Source: Mustelus asterias (Eukaryota). From it: a stretch of 64,000 nt of DNA. The position numbers and the translations under genes were made by a program. The stretch spans positions 50,592,001-50,656,000 of the forward strand of contig NC_135808.1 of the NCBI RefSeq assembly GCF_964213995.1, in the 5' to 3' direction. Shown piece by piece: positions 1 to 13,341 of the stretch; the stretch's first letter is position 1; each line of letters starts with the position of its first letter. The notes below the pieces were generated by a model. The model ran no database searches, had not been told where the DNA came from, and was given only the letters and a program-made list of their open reading frames with translations.

Positions 1-297
1 TATCACTCCCCAGCCACATCCTCCTTCCACACCCCCAACCCTACCCCCTTCTGTATCCATCCCTGCAAAAACCTATTCCCCAATTCACTTACAACCGCAC
101 TTTCCAAATCCCATCTATCTTAAATTTCATTTTACCAGAAGCCAGTTTATTCTCAGACCAGCTGAGCAGAGAGAAAACCCCTTTGTTTCTCCACACCCAA
201 CTCTTCCAGCTGTGTCCATTGATCATTGAGCCAATGATCATCACTTGTCTTCATCAATCTAATTGGATGAACAATATAAATATCAAAGGATAATGTA

Positions 298-1360
298 ACA
301 GCCTTAACCATCTCACTTGGCAGTGCATTCCAGGCCACTACCACCCTCTGTGTAAAAAAACTTCCCCTGCACATCTCTACTGAACCTTTCCCCCCTGACC
401 CTGAACTTGTGCCCCTTGTAATTGTCATTTCTACCCTGGGAAAAAGCTTCCAACTCTTCACCTTATCTATGCCCCTCATTATTGTATAAACTTCTATCAG
501 GTCCCCCTCAACCTCCATCTTTCCTGGGAGAACAGTCCCAGTTTATTCAATCTCACCTCAAAGCTAATGCCCTCCGTACCAGGCAACATACTGGTAAACC
601 TTGTCTGTCCTCCCTCGAAAGCCACCACGTTCTTCTAGTAGTGTGGCGACCAGAATTGAACACAGTATTCCCAATGTGACCTAACCAACGTTTTCTATAA
701 CTGGAACATAATTTGCCAACTTTTATCCTCGATGCTCCAGGCGATGAAGGCAAGCACGTCATATGCTTTCTTCATCAGATTTCCACCTGTGCTGCCACTT
801 TTAAGGATCTGTGGACCTGTCCTCCCAGATCTCTGTTTGTCTCTGCTCCTGATGGTTCTGCCATTTATTTTATAGCTCCCACCTGAATTGCATCTACCAA
901 AATGCATCATCTTGCATTTGGCTGGATTAAATTCTACCTGTCAATTCTCCACCCAATTTTCCAGCCTATCTGTATCCTGCTGTATTCTCTGACAATCTTC
1001 ATCACTATCCGCAACTCCAGCAATCTTAATATCATCTGCAAACTTTTTAATCAGACCAACTATATTTTCTTCCAAGTCACTTGTATATATTACAAACAAT
1101 AGAAGTCCCAGCACTAATCCCTGTTCAAGACCACCAGTAAGAGTTTTAACAACACCAGGTTAACACCAGTTACAGACTGCTTCTTGAAAGCATACAACGT
1201 TTTGGCCTCAACTGCTTTCTGTGGTAGCAAATTCCACAGGCTGACCACGCTCTGGGTGAAGAAATTTCTCCTCATCTCTGTCCTAAACACTCCGTCCTTA
1301 ATCCACAGGCTGTAAGCCCTGGTTCTAGACACCCCCAACATCGGTTATATCCTTCCTTAC
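298..1360 (-). mobile_element. CR1 RT/3' fragments
   Basis: MHFGR, KKAY..LAFI, DLIEVY..MRG, FFTQRVV..WNALP, with frameshifts. Confidence 0.85.
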
Positions 1361-1861
1361 CAATCTCATATCATCTGGTTCACCCAGGGCTGGGAACTTG
1401 AGTGTGCATTTCTCCAAGTTTAGTTCCTTCAATGTTTTGTTTGCTCTCAGAGCTTCCCCTCTCGCCTGGCCTGCTTCATCATGTACTCTGCTCCAACACC
1501 TCACAACTGGCATCAGGTCTGGTCTGAGTACACAACCAGGTCAACTGTCCAATCAAACTTCTCCAAGGATCCGTTTCTTCCTTGGACACTGGATTCTCTT
1601 TTTGTGAGGATCTGACCCGATTTATTGGATGGGATTAACATTTACCAAATGATTGTCGGTTCAATGTCACACCTGACTTCTTTTGCTTCATGTTTTAACC
1701 GATGTGTTTAAAAGCTCCTGAAGCCTGGCTTCCAACCTGGAATTCCTTCTTGATTTCATTGATCATCCATTGATCAAATTCAACAAAACCTCCCCACAGA
1801 AAATCACCCACATTGATGATAAAGATTCCTGCTGCTCTCTCCTTGTGACACCAATTGAACA

Positions 1862-2210
1862 ATGAACGGCTTAGATAGGATGGACGTAGGGAAGTTGTTT
1901 CCATTAACAGGGGAGACTAGGACGCGGGGGCACAGCCTTAGAATAAAAGGGAGTCACTTTAGAACAGAGATGAGGAGAAATTTCTTCAGCCAGAGAGTGG
2001 TGGGTCTGTGGAATTCATTGCCACAGAGGGCTGTGGAGGCCGAGACGTTGAGCGTCTTCAAGACAGAAACTGATAAATTCTTGATTTCTCGAGGAATTAA
2101 GGGCTATGGGGAGAGAGCGGGTAAATGGAGTTGAAATCAACCATGATTGAATGGTGGAGTGGACTCGATGGGCCGAATGGCCGTACTTCCGCTCCTATGT
2201 CTTATGGTCT
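1862..2210 (+). mobile_element. CR1 3' end, same young subfamily as 60097-63274
   Basis: Nearly identical to about 62914-63261. Confidence 0.93.
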
Positions 2211-2280
2211 AACATCGCAGAGTCTGCTTTTATCTGGAAACAACCCATTTTCAACAGGGCCAACCTCAGAGAGAAATACC

Positions 2281-3100
2281 AAGAACAAAGAAAATTACAT
2301 CACAGGACCAGGCCCTTCGGCCCTCCAAGCCTGCACCGACCATGCCGCCCGACTTAACTAAAACCCCTCCCCTTCCAGGGACCATATCCCTCTATTCCCA
2401 TCCTATTCATGTACTTGTCAAGACGCCCCTTAAAAGTCACTACCATATCCGCTTCCACTCCCTCCCCCGGCAACGAGTTCCAGGCACCCACTACTCTCTG
2501 TGTAATAAATCTGCCTTGTACATCTCCTTTAAACCTTGCCCCTCGCACTTTAAGCCTATGCCCCCGAGTATTTTACTCTTTTACCCTGGGAAAAACCTTC
2601 TGAATATCAACTCTGTCCATGCCTCTCATAATCTTGTAGACTTCTATCAGGTCTCCCCTCAACCTCCGTCGCTCCACTGAGAACAAACCAAGTTTCTCCA
2701 ACCTCTCCTCATAGCTAATGCCCTTCATACCTGGCAACATCCTGGTAAATCTTTTCTGTACCCTCTCCAAAGCCTCCACATCCTTCTGGTAGTGTGGCAA
2801 CCAGAATTAAACATGAAATTCCAAGTGCGACCTCACTAAGGTTCTATAAAGCTGCAACATGACTTGCCAATTTTTAAACTCAATACCCCGGCCGATGAAG
2901 GCCAGCATGCCGTATGCCTTCTTGATTACCTTCTCCACCTGCATTGCCACTTTCAGTGACCTGTGTACCTGTACACCCAGATCCCTTTGCCTATCAATAC
3001 TCTTCAGGGTTCTGCCATTTACTGTATATTTCCTATCTGTATTGGACCTTCCAAAATGCATTACCTCACATTTGTCCGGATTAAACTCCAACTGCCATTT
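2281..3100 (-). mobile_element. 5'-truncated CR1
   Basis: WQLEFNPDKCEVMHFGR through the C-terminus, with a (TTCTTTG)n tail. Confidence 0.9.
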
Positions 3101-3294
3101 CATATTCATAATGCGGACAACACAAAGGTTGGTGGATTTGCGGATAGTTCATAATCCCCTATTCATAATACATCATTCAATCCATAAACACCTATTTAAT
3201 TTCACAATTTTCCTTCTCGTTAACAGGCTTCTTTAGATGCTTCAAAATATTTCCCTTTGAAATTTCTCACCCCACAAAAATGCTGCATTTAAAT

Positions 3295-3625
3295 CTTAGA
3301 ATCCCTACAGTGCAGAAAGAGGCCATTCAGCCCATTGAGTCTGCACTGACTCTCCGAAAGAGCATCTTATCCAGGCCCACCCCTCTAACCCTATCCCCAT
3401 AACCGCATACATTTACTATGGCTAATCGACCAAACCTGCACATCTTTGGACACCAAGGGCAATTTAGCATGACCAATCCACCAAACCTGCATATTTTCGG
3501 ACTGTGGGAGGAAACCAGAGCATCCGGGGGAAATCCACGCAGACATGGGAAGAACGTGCAAACTTCGCACAGAGGGTGACCCAAGACCGGAATGGAACCC
3601 AGGTCCCTGGCGCTGTGAGGCACCA
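3295..3625 (-). mobile_element. HE1/V-SINE-type tRNA-derived SINE
   Basis: tRNA-like head, GTTTGCACGTTCT..GGATGCTCTGGTTTCCTCCCACAGTCC core and CR1-like tail. Confidence 0.88.
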
Positions 3626-4059
3626 GTGCAAACCAATGTCCCACAGTCCCATATCAATCTGCACTTCCAGGAGTATGTCACTAAAGTGGCGAAAAATATC
3701 TTCAAGCTTACTTTCCCGACAGGTGGGGATTCCACCCTGAGAACTTGTTCCCCAAGTCTCTCCTCAAATTCCCGAGTTCCCAGTCTAGCTTTAGCCTTTC
3801 AAGTGCTGTTAGGGAGAGATGTTTCTGTACATATCCACTGTGAGTCAAGTCTGACTGTCTCCTATCTGATATTTTAGTGGAAACTTCAAATTTTCTCCAA
3901 CTCTTTTTGTTTTGCTTCTTTTATCAACTTATCTTTCAATTGATTAGCGTCTATTGATACCTTTCCACACGGAAGGCTTCTGTTTCTAGTGACAATCTAC
4001 CTTGTCCCACAGTTCCTTTTCTTAACATGCTCTGACCTCTACTCTTCCCCTCTCTCTAT

Positions 4060-7000
4060 CTGGCACATATAGGCAATTCTGTGGATGCGAAAGAGACTCC
4101 AGGATGGTATGTTGCCTCCCTGGTGCCAGGGTCCAGGATATCTTTGAATGGGCAGGGAGCATTCTGAAGGAGGAGGCTGAACAACCAGAGGTCGTGGTAC
4201 ATATTGTAACTGACGACATAGGTAGTGACATAGTCACTATGACTATGGGTCAAATCATCTTTCCCACATGTGATCAGATTCCTGATTCCAAGTTCATGAT
4301 CTTTTCCTGGGATCACGACCTCTTTCTGTTTCAGAACTTACAGTGAGCTTCCTGGTCTTTCCCATCCTGGCCTTATTTCCCAATCCACTGCCCGGATTTA
4401 GAACAAAGAACAAAAGAAAATTACAGCACAGGAACAGACTCTTCGGCCCTCCAAGCCTGCACCGACCATGCTGCCGTCTGAACTAAAACCCCCTCCCCTT
4501 CTTGGGACCATATCCCTCTATTCACATTCTATTCATGTATTTGTCAAGACCCTTAAAAGTCACTATCGTATCTGCTTCCACTCCATCCCCCAGTAGCGAT
4601 TTCCAGGCACCCACCACCCTCTGTTTAAAAAAGTTGCCTCGTACATCTCCTTTAAACCTTGCACCTTGCACCTTCAACCTATGCCCCCGAGTAATTGACA
4701 CTTCCACCCTGGGAAAAAGCTTCTGACTAATCATTCTGTCCATGCCCCTCACAATCTTGTAGACGTCTATCAGGTCGCCCTCAACCTCTGTCGTTCCAAT
4801 GAGAACAAACCACGGTTCTCCAATCCAAGCTCTAAGTTCATCTGCCTTACCCATTACACTTCTCGCATTGAAACAAATGCTCTTCAGTTCACCAGACCCT
4901 CTTTGATCAGCAACCCCACCTTGCCTCCTCTTTCACTGAGTCTTACTGGCCCGACTCTCTCATTCCCCTTCGGTCAATTCACCTTTGCTTTAGTAGCACC
5001 CACCTCCCCCCCCCCCCCCTCCCTCCCCCGCCCACCCCCCCTCCCGCGTGGCACTCGCAAACCTACCGGCCAGAATATTTACACCCCTCCAGTTTAGACG
5101 CAACCCGTCCTTCTTGTACTGGTCCCACCTGTCCTGGAAGAGATCCCAATGGTCCAGATATCTGAAACTCTCCCTCCTACACCAGCTGTTCAGCTGCGTG
5201 GAGCCTGAAGAGATAGGAGAGGCGCTAAATGAATATTTTTCATCAGTATTCACGCAGGAAAAAGACAATGTTGTCGAGGAGAATACTGAGATACAGGCTG
5301 TTGGACTGGACGGGATTGAGGTTAATAAGGAGGAGGTGTTAGCAATTCTGGAAAGTGTGAAAATAGATAAGTCCCCTGCGCCGGATGGGATTTATCCCAG
5401 GATTCTCTGGGAGGCTCGGGAGGAGATTGCAGAGCCTTTGGCTTTGATCTTTATGTCGTCATTGTCTACAGGAATAGTGCCAGAAGACTGGAGGATAGCA
5501 AATGTTTTCCCCTTGTTCAAGAAGGGGAGTAGAGACAAACCTGGTAATTATAGATCAGTGAGCCTTACTTCTGTTGTGGGCAAAGTTTTGGAAAGGATTA
5601 TAAGAGATAGGATTTATAATTATCTAGAAAGGAATAATTTGATTAGGGATAGTCAGCACGGTTTTGTGAAGGGTAGGTCGTGCCTCACAAACCTTGTTGA
5701 GTTCTTTGAGAAGGTGACCAAAGAGGTGGATGAGGGTAAAGCAGTTGATGTGGTGTATATGGATTTCAGTAAAGCATTTGATAAGGTTCCCCACGGTAAG
5801 CTATTGCAGAAGATACGGAGGCATGGGATTGAGGGTGATTTAGCGGTTTGGATCAGGAATTGGCTAGCTGTAAGAAGACGGAGGGTGGTGGTTGATGGAA
5901 AATGTTCATCCTGGAGTTCAGTTACTAGTGGTGTACCGCAAGGATCTGTTTTGGGGCCACTGCTGTTTGTCATTTTTATAAATGACCTGGATGAGGGATG
6001 GGTTAGTAAATTTGTGGACGACACTAAAGTTGGTGGAGTTGTGGACAGTGCGGAAGGTTGTTGCAGGTTACAGAGGGACATAGATAAGCTGCAGTGCTGT
6101 GCTGAGAGGTGGCAAATGGAGTTCAATGCGGAAAAGTGTGAGGTGATTCACTTTGAAAGGAGTAACAGGATTACAGAGTACTGGGCTAATGGTAAGATAC
6201 TTGGTAGTGTGGATGAACAGAGAGATCTGGGTGTCCATGTGCATAGATCCCTGAAAGTTGGCACGCAGGTTGATAGGGTTGTTAAGAAGGCGTACGGAGT
6301 GTTAGCTTTTATTGGTAGAGGGATTGAGTTTCAGAGCCAGGAGGTCATGTTGCAGTTGTACAAAACTCTAGTGCGGCCGCACTTGGAGTATTGCGTACAG
6401 TTCTGGTCACCGCATTATAGGAAGGATGTGGAAGCATTGGAAAGGATGCAGAGGAGATTTACGAGGATGTTGCCTGGTATGGTGGGAAGGTCTTATGAGG
6501 AAAGGCTGAAGGACTAGAGGTTGTTCTCGTTAGAGAGAAGAAGGTTAAGAGGTGACTTAATAGAGGCATACAAGATGATCAGAGGATTAGATAGGGTGGA
6601 TAGTGAGAGCCTTTTTCCTCGGATGGTGATGGCTAGCATGAGGGGACATAGCTTTAAATTGAGGGGTGATAGATATAGGACAGATGTCAGAGGTAGGTTC
6701 TTTACTCAGAGAGTAGTAAGGGCATGGAATGCCCTGCCTGCAGCAGTAGTGGACTTGCCAACATTAAGGGCATTTAAATGGTCATTGGATAAACATATGG
6801 ATGATATTGGAATAGTGTAGGTCAGATGGGCTTTAGATTGGTTTCATTGGTCGGCGCAACATCGAGGGCCGAAGGGCCTGTACTGCGCTGTAATGTTCTA
6901 TGTTCTATGTTCTACGTGTTGAGCTGTACTATCTTCCTATTTCTAGCTTCACTGGCACATGGCACAGGGAGTAATCCTGAGATTACAACCCTCGGAACCC

Positions 7001-7650
7001 TGCTTTTTAACTTTCTACCTAACTCCCTAAACTGCTGCTGCAGGACCGCATCACTCTTTCTACTTATGTCGTTAGTACCAATATGTACCACAACCTCTGG
7101 TTGTTCAGCCCCTCCCTTCAGAATGCTCTCTGCCCGTTCAAAGATATCCTGACCCTGGCACCAGGGAGGCAACATACCATCCTGGAGTCTCTTTTACGTC
7201 CACAGAATTGCCTATCCGTACCCCTAACTATAGCGTCCCCGATAACTATTGCTCTCGTGCTCTTTATCCCTCCCTGCTTAGCAACAGAGCCAGCCATGGT
7301 GCCACTGCTCTGGCTGCTGCTGCTGTTATCCCTGATAGGCCATCCCCCCAACAATGTCCAAAATGGTAGACTTGTTAGAGAGGGGATCGACCACAGGGAA
7401 TTCCTGCACTGAATGCCTGCCCCTTCTAGCGGTCACCCATCTATCTGCCTGCACCTTGGGTGTCACCACATCATTAAAACTCCTGCCTATGATGCTTTCC
7501 GCCATCTTCATGCTCCGAAGTGCATCCAACTGCTGCTCCAACCTATCCATGTGGTCTGTGAGGAGCTGCAATTGGGTGCACTTCCTGCAGATGTAGTCAT
7601 CCGAGACGCTGGAAGCCTCACGGATCTCCCACATCTCCCAAGTGCCAGCA
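4060..7650 (-). mobile_element. Nested CR1 cluster: old minus-strand CR1 ORF1 (Zn finger + SGNH esterase) and ORF2 start, with younger CR1 insertions
   Basis: CRKCTQLQLL, VIGDAIVRG, CCLPGAR, VHIGTND and DGLRLN esterase motifs. A CR1 3' end lies at 4400-4820. Confidence 0.8.
5197..6914 (+). mobile_element. 5'-truncated CR1 (RT domain + 3' UTR) nested in the older CR1 ORF1
   Basis: RT motifs DFSKAFD, GVPQGS and FVDD, one premature stop at 6515, and a (TTCTATG)n tail. Confidence 0.93.
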
Positions 7651-8179
7651 TTTGACCGACATTTCTATCACCAATTAAATTATTGAAGAAAATTTATTAA
7701 ACTCTGACCTTCACTTCTCACATGAGGTTGGTCTTCATATCACTTACTTTCCCAGGATACTCTCTGGATTTCTCCCTGCAGAATAAGAGTTACGAAGCAA
7801 GAAGAAAGAAAACAAAACAAAAAGGGAAAACAGCATCTCCTCCCACCCTGCACTGAATTACCGCACTGTTCCAAATGGCCAAGTTTCAATCCCACTCTGG
7901 CTGCCTCAGTCACGCTGTCTCCCATTTCAAGTGCGCAAAGCTCTGATTTCCGGACCTTCCCTTTTTAATTCATTTTTACAGGATGTGGGGATCGCTGGCT
8001 TGGCCAACATTTATTACCCATCCCTATTTGCCCGTGAGCTGCCTTCTTGAACCGCTGCAGTCCATGAGTTGTAGGTACATCCACAATGCTGTTAGGGAGG
8101 GAGTTTGAGGATTTTGACCCAGTGACAGTGAAGAAACGGCGATATATTTCCAAGTCAGGATGGTGAATGAGTTGGTGGG

Positions 8180-8507
8180 TGTGGTGAACCATCTTTGGTT
8201 CCCACTAGATAGTACTGAGCCAGGGTCTGGCCAGTACTACAAGTATGTATATATGTTGCTGTTGGGGTTAGGGATGGGTTGTTCTACTTGTTGCTGTTGG
8301 GGTTAGGGTTGGGCTGTTACACCTTGTATTATAGTTATTGTGGTACATCCCAGTCGGGCTCCGCCTCCTGGGAGAGGTATAAAGGTCTCTGCTCTGTCTG
8401 GGACCCCTCAGTCTGGGATCGTGTATATAATTAGTAGCTGCCTTGTTACAGCAAATAAAAGCCTTTATTTCCTGAGCATCAAGCCTCGTGTGTGTTAACG
8501 CGCATCA
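8180..8507 (+). repeat. Gypsy 5' LTR
   Basis: Direct repeat of 13014-13341, with TATATAA at 8424-8430 and AATAAA at 8454-8459. Confidence 0.96.
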
Positions 8508-8555
8508 ATTTTATTTGCTGTAAATAAACTCTCGTCGAAGAAAAAAAAAGAGAGT

Positions 8556-11500
8556 ATGGAGCAGATACTGAAGCCTGAACGCCTTACACTAGATCCACGT
8601 GCGGTGGGCGCCTCTAACACCTTCGACCACTGTTTGAAATGTTTTGAGGACTACCTGGCAGCCTCCGCAGCGGTCACCACAGATGATGACAGACTCCGGG
8701 TCCTCCATGCGAGGGTAAGCGACACCGTCTACCTCGCGATCCGTGCGGCCACCGACTACACAAAGGCCCTCGAGCTTCTTAAGAAGCATTATATTAAACC
8801 GTCCAACGAAATACACGCTCATTACCTCTTCGCCACTCGACGACGGTAGTCTGGCGAAACGATGGAGGAATACGCGAACGAGCTCCTACAGCTAGCCAGG
8901 GTCTGTAACTGCAAAGCAGTGTCGGCAGAGCAGAATATGAACGACCTCGCTCGAGATGTGTTTGTGGCGGGAGTCGGATCATCTTACATCCGACTCAAAC
9001 TACTGGAGAAAGGTAACCTTGACCTTACCCAGGCAATCGAGCTAGCGGAGATGCTGGAGACGGCCTCCAAAAGCCTAGTACTGTATCCTGAAGACCACGT
9101 GGAGACAACGTGGCAGGAGCAGTCGCCAATCCCTCCTCGTCCCTCGGGTTCGAAATGCTGCGTAATGGCGTGCTCACACTCGGGCCAGACGACGGCAGCA
9201 GCTCCGGGCGGCCCGCGGTGTTACTTCTGTGGGGGAGCGAAGCATACTCGGCAACGGTGTCCCGCTAAAGTTGTGTTGTGCTCCGCCTGCGGTAAGAAGG
9301 GGCACTATTCGAAAGCGTGCCGATCTAAATCTGCTTCTCGGAACAGCAGTGCGGCCTGCGATTCCTCAGAGCCCGGTTCTTCGTCGTCGACATCGTCGAG
9401 GGTTTCGTCCACGTGCGAGGCCAGGACGACGCCATTACAGTCGACGGAGTCGGAGATGTGTGACCACCAGGGGTCGCTGAGTTTGGCGCCATCACCCACG
9501 TGTGACCTATGGGAGCGGCCATGTTGGTCGGCACCGACCGCGAACGACCAGCAGGGGTCATCCTCGTCGATTTCAGCTGCCTGCAGTGGCGCTCATGAAC
9601 CAACGGTGGCGTTGATCATCCTGGACCAGGCCAAGCCTCATAGACTTGACAAATCTATGATGGACATTCAGGTAAACGACCACTTGATTTATTGTCTGTT
9701 TGACAGCGGGAGCACTGAGAGTTTTATCCACCCAGACGCTGTGAAGCGGTGTGGACTCCGGATTCAACCTGTCAAACAGACAATTTCTATGGCATCAAGG
9801 TCCCGGTCTGTCACCGTGCTAGGGAGTTGCGTGGTAACTTTAACGGTGCAAGGCACAGTTTACGAGCGTTTCAAGCTCCTGGTGTTGCCGCACCTTTGCG
9901 CGCCAATACTTCTCGGACTAAACTTCATGGTCCACCTGAGGAGTGTAACCCTACAGTACGGTGGGTCACTCCCTTCGCTTTCAGTGGGAGAACAGCAGCC
10001 TCCAAAGTGCCCTGTAGCCTCTCGACGCTGAAGATTACCACACCCTCCCTGTTCCAGAATCTTGTGCCAGGCTGCAAGCCCATTGCGACTAAGAGTAGGC
10101 GTTACAGCGCTGAGGATCGGATCTTCATTCGATCTGAAGTTCAGCGGCTCCTCACGGAAAGGATCATACAACCTAGCGCTAGTCCGTGGAGAGCGCAGGT
10201 CGTGGTGGTCAAGAGTGGGAACAAACCCCGGATGGTCATTGACTATAGTCAGACCATTAATAGATACACGCAGCTGGATGCGTATCCCCTCCCGCGCATA
10301 TCTGATATGGTCAATCAGATTGCGCAGTACCGGGTGTTCTCCACCATAGACCTCAAGTCTGCCTGCCACCAACTCCCCATTCGCCCAGAGGACCGACAAT
10401 ACACGGCTTTTGAGGCGGATGGTCGCTTGTATCACTTTCTCAGGGTTCCCATTGGTGTCACCAATGGGGTCTCGGTCTTCCAGCGTGCTATGGACCGAAT
10501 GGTGGACCAGAACGGGCTGCGGGCTACCTTCCCGTACCTGGATAACGTCACCATCTGCGGCCATGACCAGCAGGACCACGGCACAAATCTCCTGAATTTC
10601 CTATGCACTGCATCTCGCCTGAATCTGACCTACAACAGGGAGAAGTGTGTGTTTCGTACGCGCCGTTTAGCCATCCTCGGATACGTGGTGGAAAACGGGG
10701 TCATTGGCCCTGATCCAGACCGTATGCGCCCCCTCTCTGAACTTCCCCTGCCCACTAGTGCAAAAGCACTGAGAAGTTGCTTAGGCTTCTTCTCTTATTA
10801 TGCACAGTGAGTTCCCAATTACGCGGACATAGCCCGTCCGCTCATCAAGTCCACTTCTTTTCCCCTAACACCAGAGGCCCGATTGGCCTTTGATAAATTA
10901 AAAGCCGACATCGCGAAAGCTACGATGCACGCTGTTGATGAGTCCATCCCCTTTCAGGTGGAGAGCAATGCATCTGATTTCGCCCTGGCCGCCACACTTA
11001 ACCAGGCGGGCAGGCCCGTCGCCTTTTTTTCCCGCACCCTCCAAGGCCCCGAAATTCGGCACTCCGCGGTGGAAAAGGAGGCCCAGGCCATTGTGGAGGC
11101 CGTTAGGCACTGGCGCCATTACTTGGCGGGAAAACGGTTCACCCTGATCACGGACCAGCGGTCCGTGGCGTTCATGTTTAATAACACGCTGAGGGGCAAG
11201 ATCAGGAACGACAAGATCTTGCGGTGGAGAATTGAACTCTCCACCTATATCTATGACATCATGTATCGTCCAGGGAAACTCAATGAGCCCTTAAGAACAT
11301 AAGAACATAAGAAATAGGAGCAGGAGTAGGCCATCTAGCCCCTCGAGCCTGCCCCGCCATTCAATAAGATCATGGCTGATCTGACGTGGATTAGTACCAC
11401 TTACCCGCCTGATCCCCATAACCCTTAATTCCCTTACCGATCAGGAATCCATCCATCCGCGCTTTAAACATATTCAGCGAGGTAGCCTCCACCACCTCAG

Positions 11501-12949
11501 TGGGCAGAGAATTCCAGAGATTCTCCACCCTCTGGGAGAAGAAGTTCCTCCTCAACTCTGTCTTAAACCGACCCCCCTTTATTTTGAGGCTGTGTCCTCT
11601 AGTTTTAACTTCCTTACTAAGTGGAAAGAATCTCTCCGCCTCCACCCTATCCAGCCCCCGCATTATCTTATAATGATGTGTATATAATTAGTAGCTGCCT
11701 TGTTACAGCCCTTGGATGCCCTCTCACGTGGAACATGCGCCAGTATACAGGAGGACCGTTTGCAGGCTCTCCATAATGACCTATGCCATCCTGGGGTCAC
11801 TCGGCTCTACCACTTTATAAAAGGCCGCAATCTGCCCTACTCGGTGGAGGACATCAGGTCCGTAACAAGAAGCTGTCGGGTTTGCGCGGAATGCAAACCG
11901 CACTTTTACCGACCTGACCGGGCACAATTAGTCAAGGCCACTCGTCCCTTCGAGAGACTGAGTGTCGATTTTAAGGGCCCTCAACAGATCGAAATGTGTA
12001 CTTCCTCAACATCATTGATGAGTACTCGAGGTTCCCTTTTGTTGTTCCCTGCTCTGATACATCCGCTGCCACGGTTATCAAGGCATTCCGTGATCTTTTT
12101 ACCCTGTTCGGGTACCCCAGCTACATTCACAGCGACAGGGGCTCGTCGTTCATGAGCGATGACTTGAGGCAATACCTGCTCTCATACGGGATTGCCTCTA
12201 GTAGAACCACGAGCTACAACCCTAGGGGTAACGGACAGGTGGAACGGGAGAATGCTACAGTCTGGAAGGCTGTCTTACTGGCGTTGAAGTCAAAAAGCCT
12301 TCCAGTCTCCCGTTGGCAAGAGGTGCTCCCTGATGCGCTCCATTCCATACGCTCACTCCTGTGTACGGCAACCAATGCTACTCCCCATGAGAGGATGTTT
12401 TCATTCCCTCGGAAGTCTTCCTCTGGGACCTCATTACCGTCTTGGTTGACGTACTCAGGACCTGTCCTCCTGCGGCGACATGTAAGGGCCCGCAAGTCCG
12501 ACCCTTTGGTCGAACAGGTCCATCTCCTCCACGCCAACCCTCAGTATGCCTATGTAGCATACCCTGACGGGCGAGAGGACACGGTCTCGATCCGAGACCT
12601 GGCGCCAGCAGGGGACGTGGAAACCCCTGTCGCTCCCATACCCCCTGTTACAACCCCCATAACTCTTGTTTCCCCACCGGACACGGCGCGGGCAGCATCG
12701 GGACCATTACTTAACCCTTTTACTCCCGTGTACAGCTTGCCTGAGTCCAGAGGACGGTCGCCACTTCAGGGCGTGTCGGAACTCCATGGATTACCATCAA
12801 CTCAGGGTCAACCGGCCCGTGAGTCTGTGGAGGAACAGTTGGACGTCGCCTTGAGGAGAACGCCACTGCAAGTGCCTACTCCGGTGTCATCGCCGGTATT
12901 GAGGAGGTCGCAACAACGGTGCGGTCCCCCTGACCGTCTGAACTTATAG
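8556..12949 (+). pseudogene. Gypsy gag-pol pseudogene
   Basis: Motifs: two CCHC-like knuckles, protease LFDSGS, RT YLDN (YxDD variant), RNase H (NASDF...EKEAQAIV...TDQ) and integrase HHCC plus HSDRGS...NGQVER. Lesions: stops at 8847 and 10808, frameshifts near 10000 and 11980, and a CR1 insertion. Confidence 0.93.
11293..11677 (-). mobile_element. 5'-truncated CR1 inserted in Gypsy pol
   Basis: CR1 ORF2 C-terminus (TRGHSLK...FFSQRV..WNSLP) with a (TTCTTATG)n tail. TSD AGCCCTT at 11286-11292 and 11707-11713; removing the insert restores NEPLDALSR. Confidence 0.93.
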
Positions 12950-13013
12950 ACTGATGACAAATTATTCTGTTTTTTTGTACCCCGCCGGCCTTTGTCTTCA
13001 AAGGAGGGGTGAA

Positions 13014-13341
13014 TGTGGTGAACCATCATTGGTTCCCACTAGATAGTACTGAGCCAGGGTCTGGCCAGTACTACGAGTATGTATATATGTTGCTGTTGGG
13101 GTTAGGGATGGGTTGTTCTACTTGTTGCTGTAGGGGTTAGGGTTGGGCTGTTACACCTTGCATTATAGTTATTGTGGTACATCCCAGTCGGGCTCCGCCT
13201 CCTGGGAGAGGTATAAAGGTCTCTGCTCTGTCTGGGACCCCTCAGTCTGGGATCGTGTATATAATTAGTAGCTGCCTTGTTACAGCAAATAAAAGCCTTT
13301 ATTTCCTGAGCATCAAGCCTCGTGTGTGATAACGCGCATCA
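13014..13341 (+). repeat. Gypsy 3' LTR
   Basis: Direct repeat of 8180-8507, followed by the TSD. Confidence 0.96.

Larger units (their letters stand above)
8180..13341 (+). mobile_element. Full-length Ty3/Gypsy LTR retrotransposon, young and inactivated
   Basis: Two 328-bp TG...CA LTRs (8180-8507, 13014-13341) differ at about 5 sites. The 5-bp TSD is GTGGG (8175-8179, 13342-13346), a PPT AAAGGAGGGG(TGAA) precedes the 3' LTR, and the domain order is gag-PR-RT-RH-IN. Confidence 0.97.
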
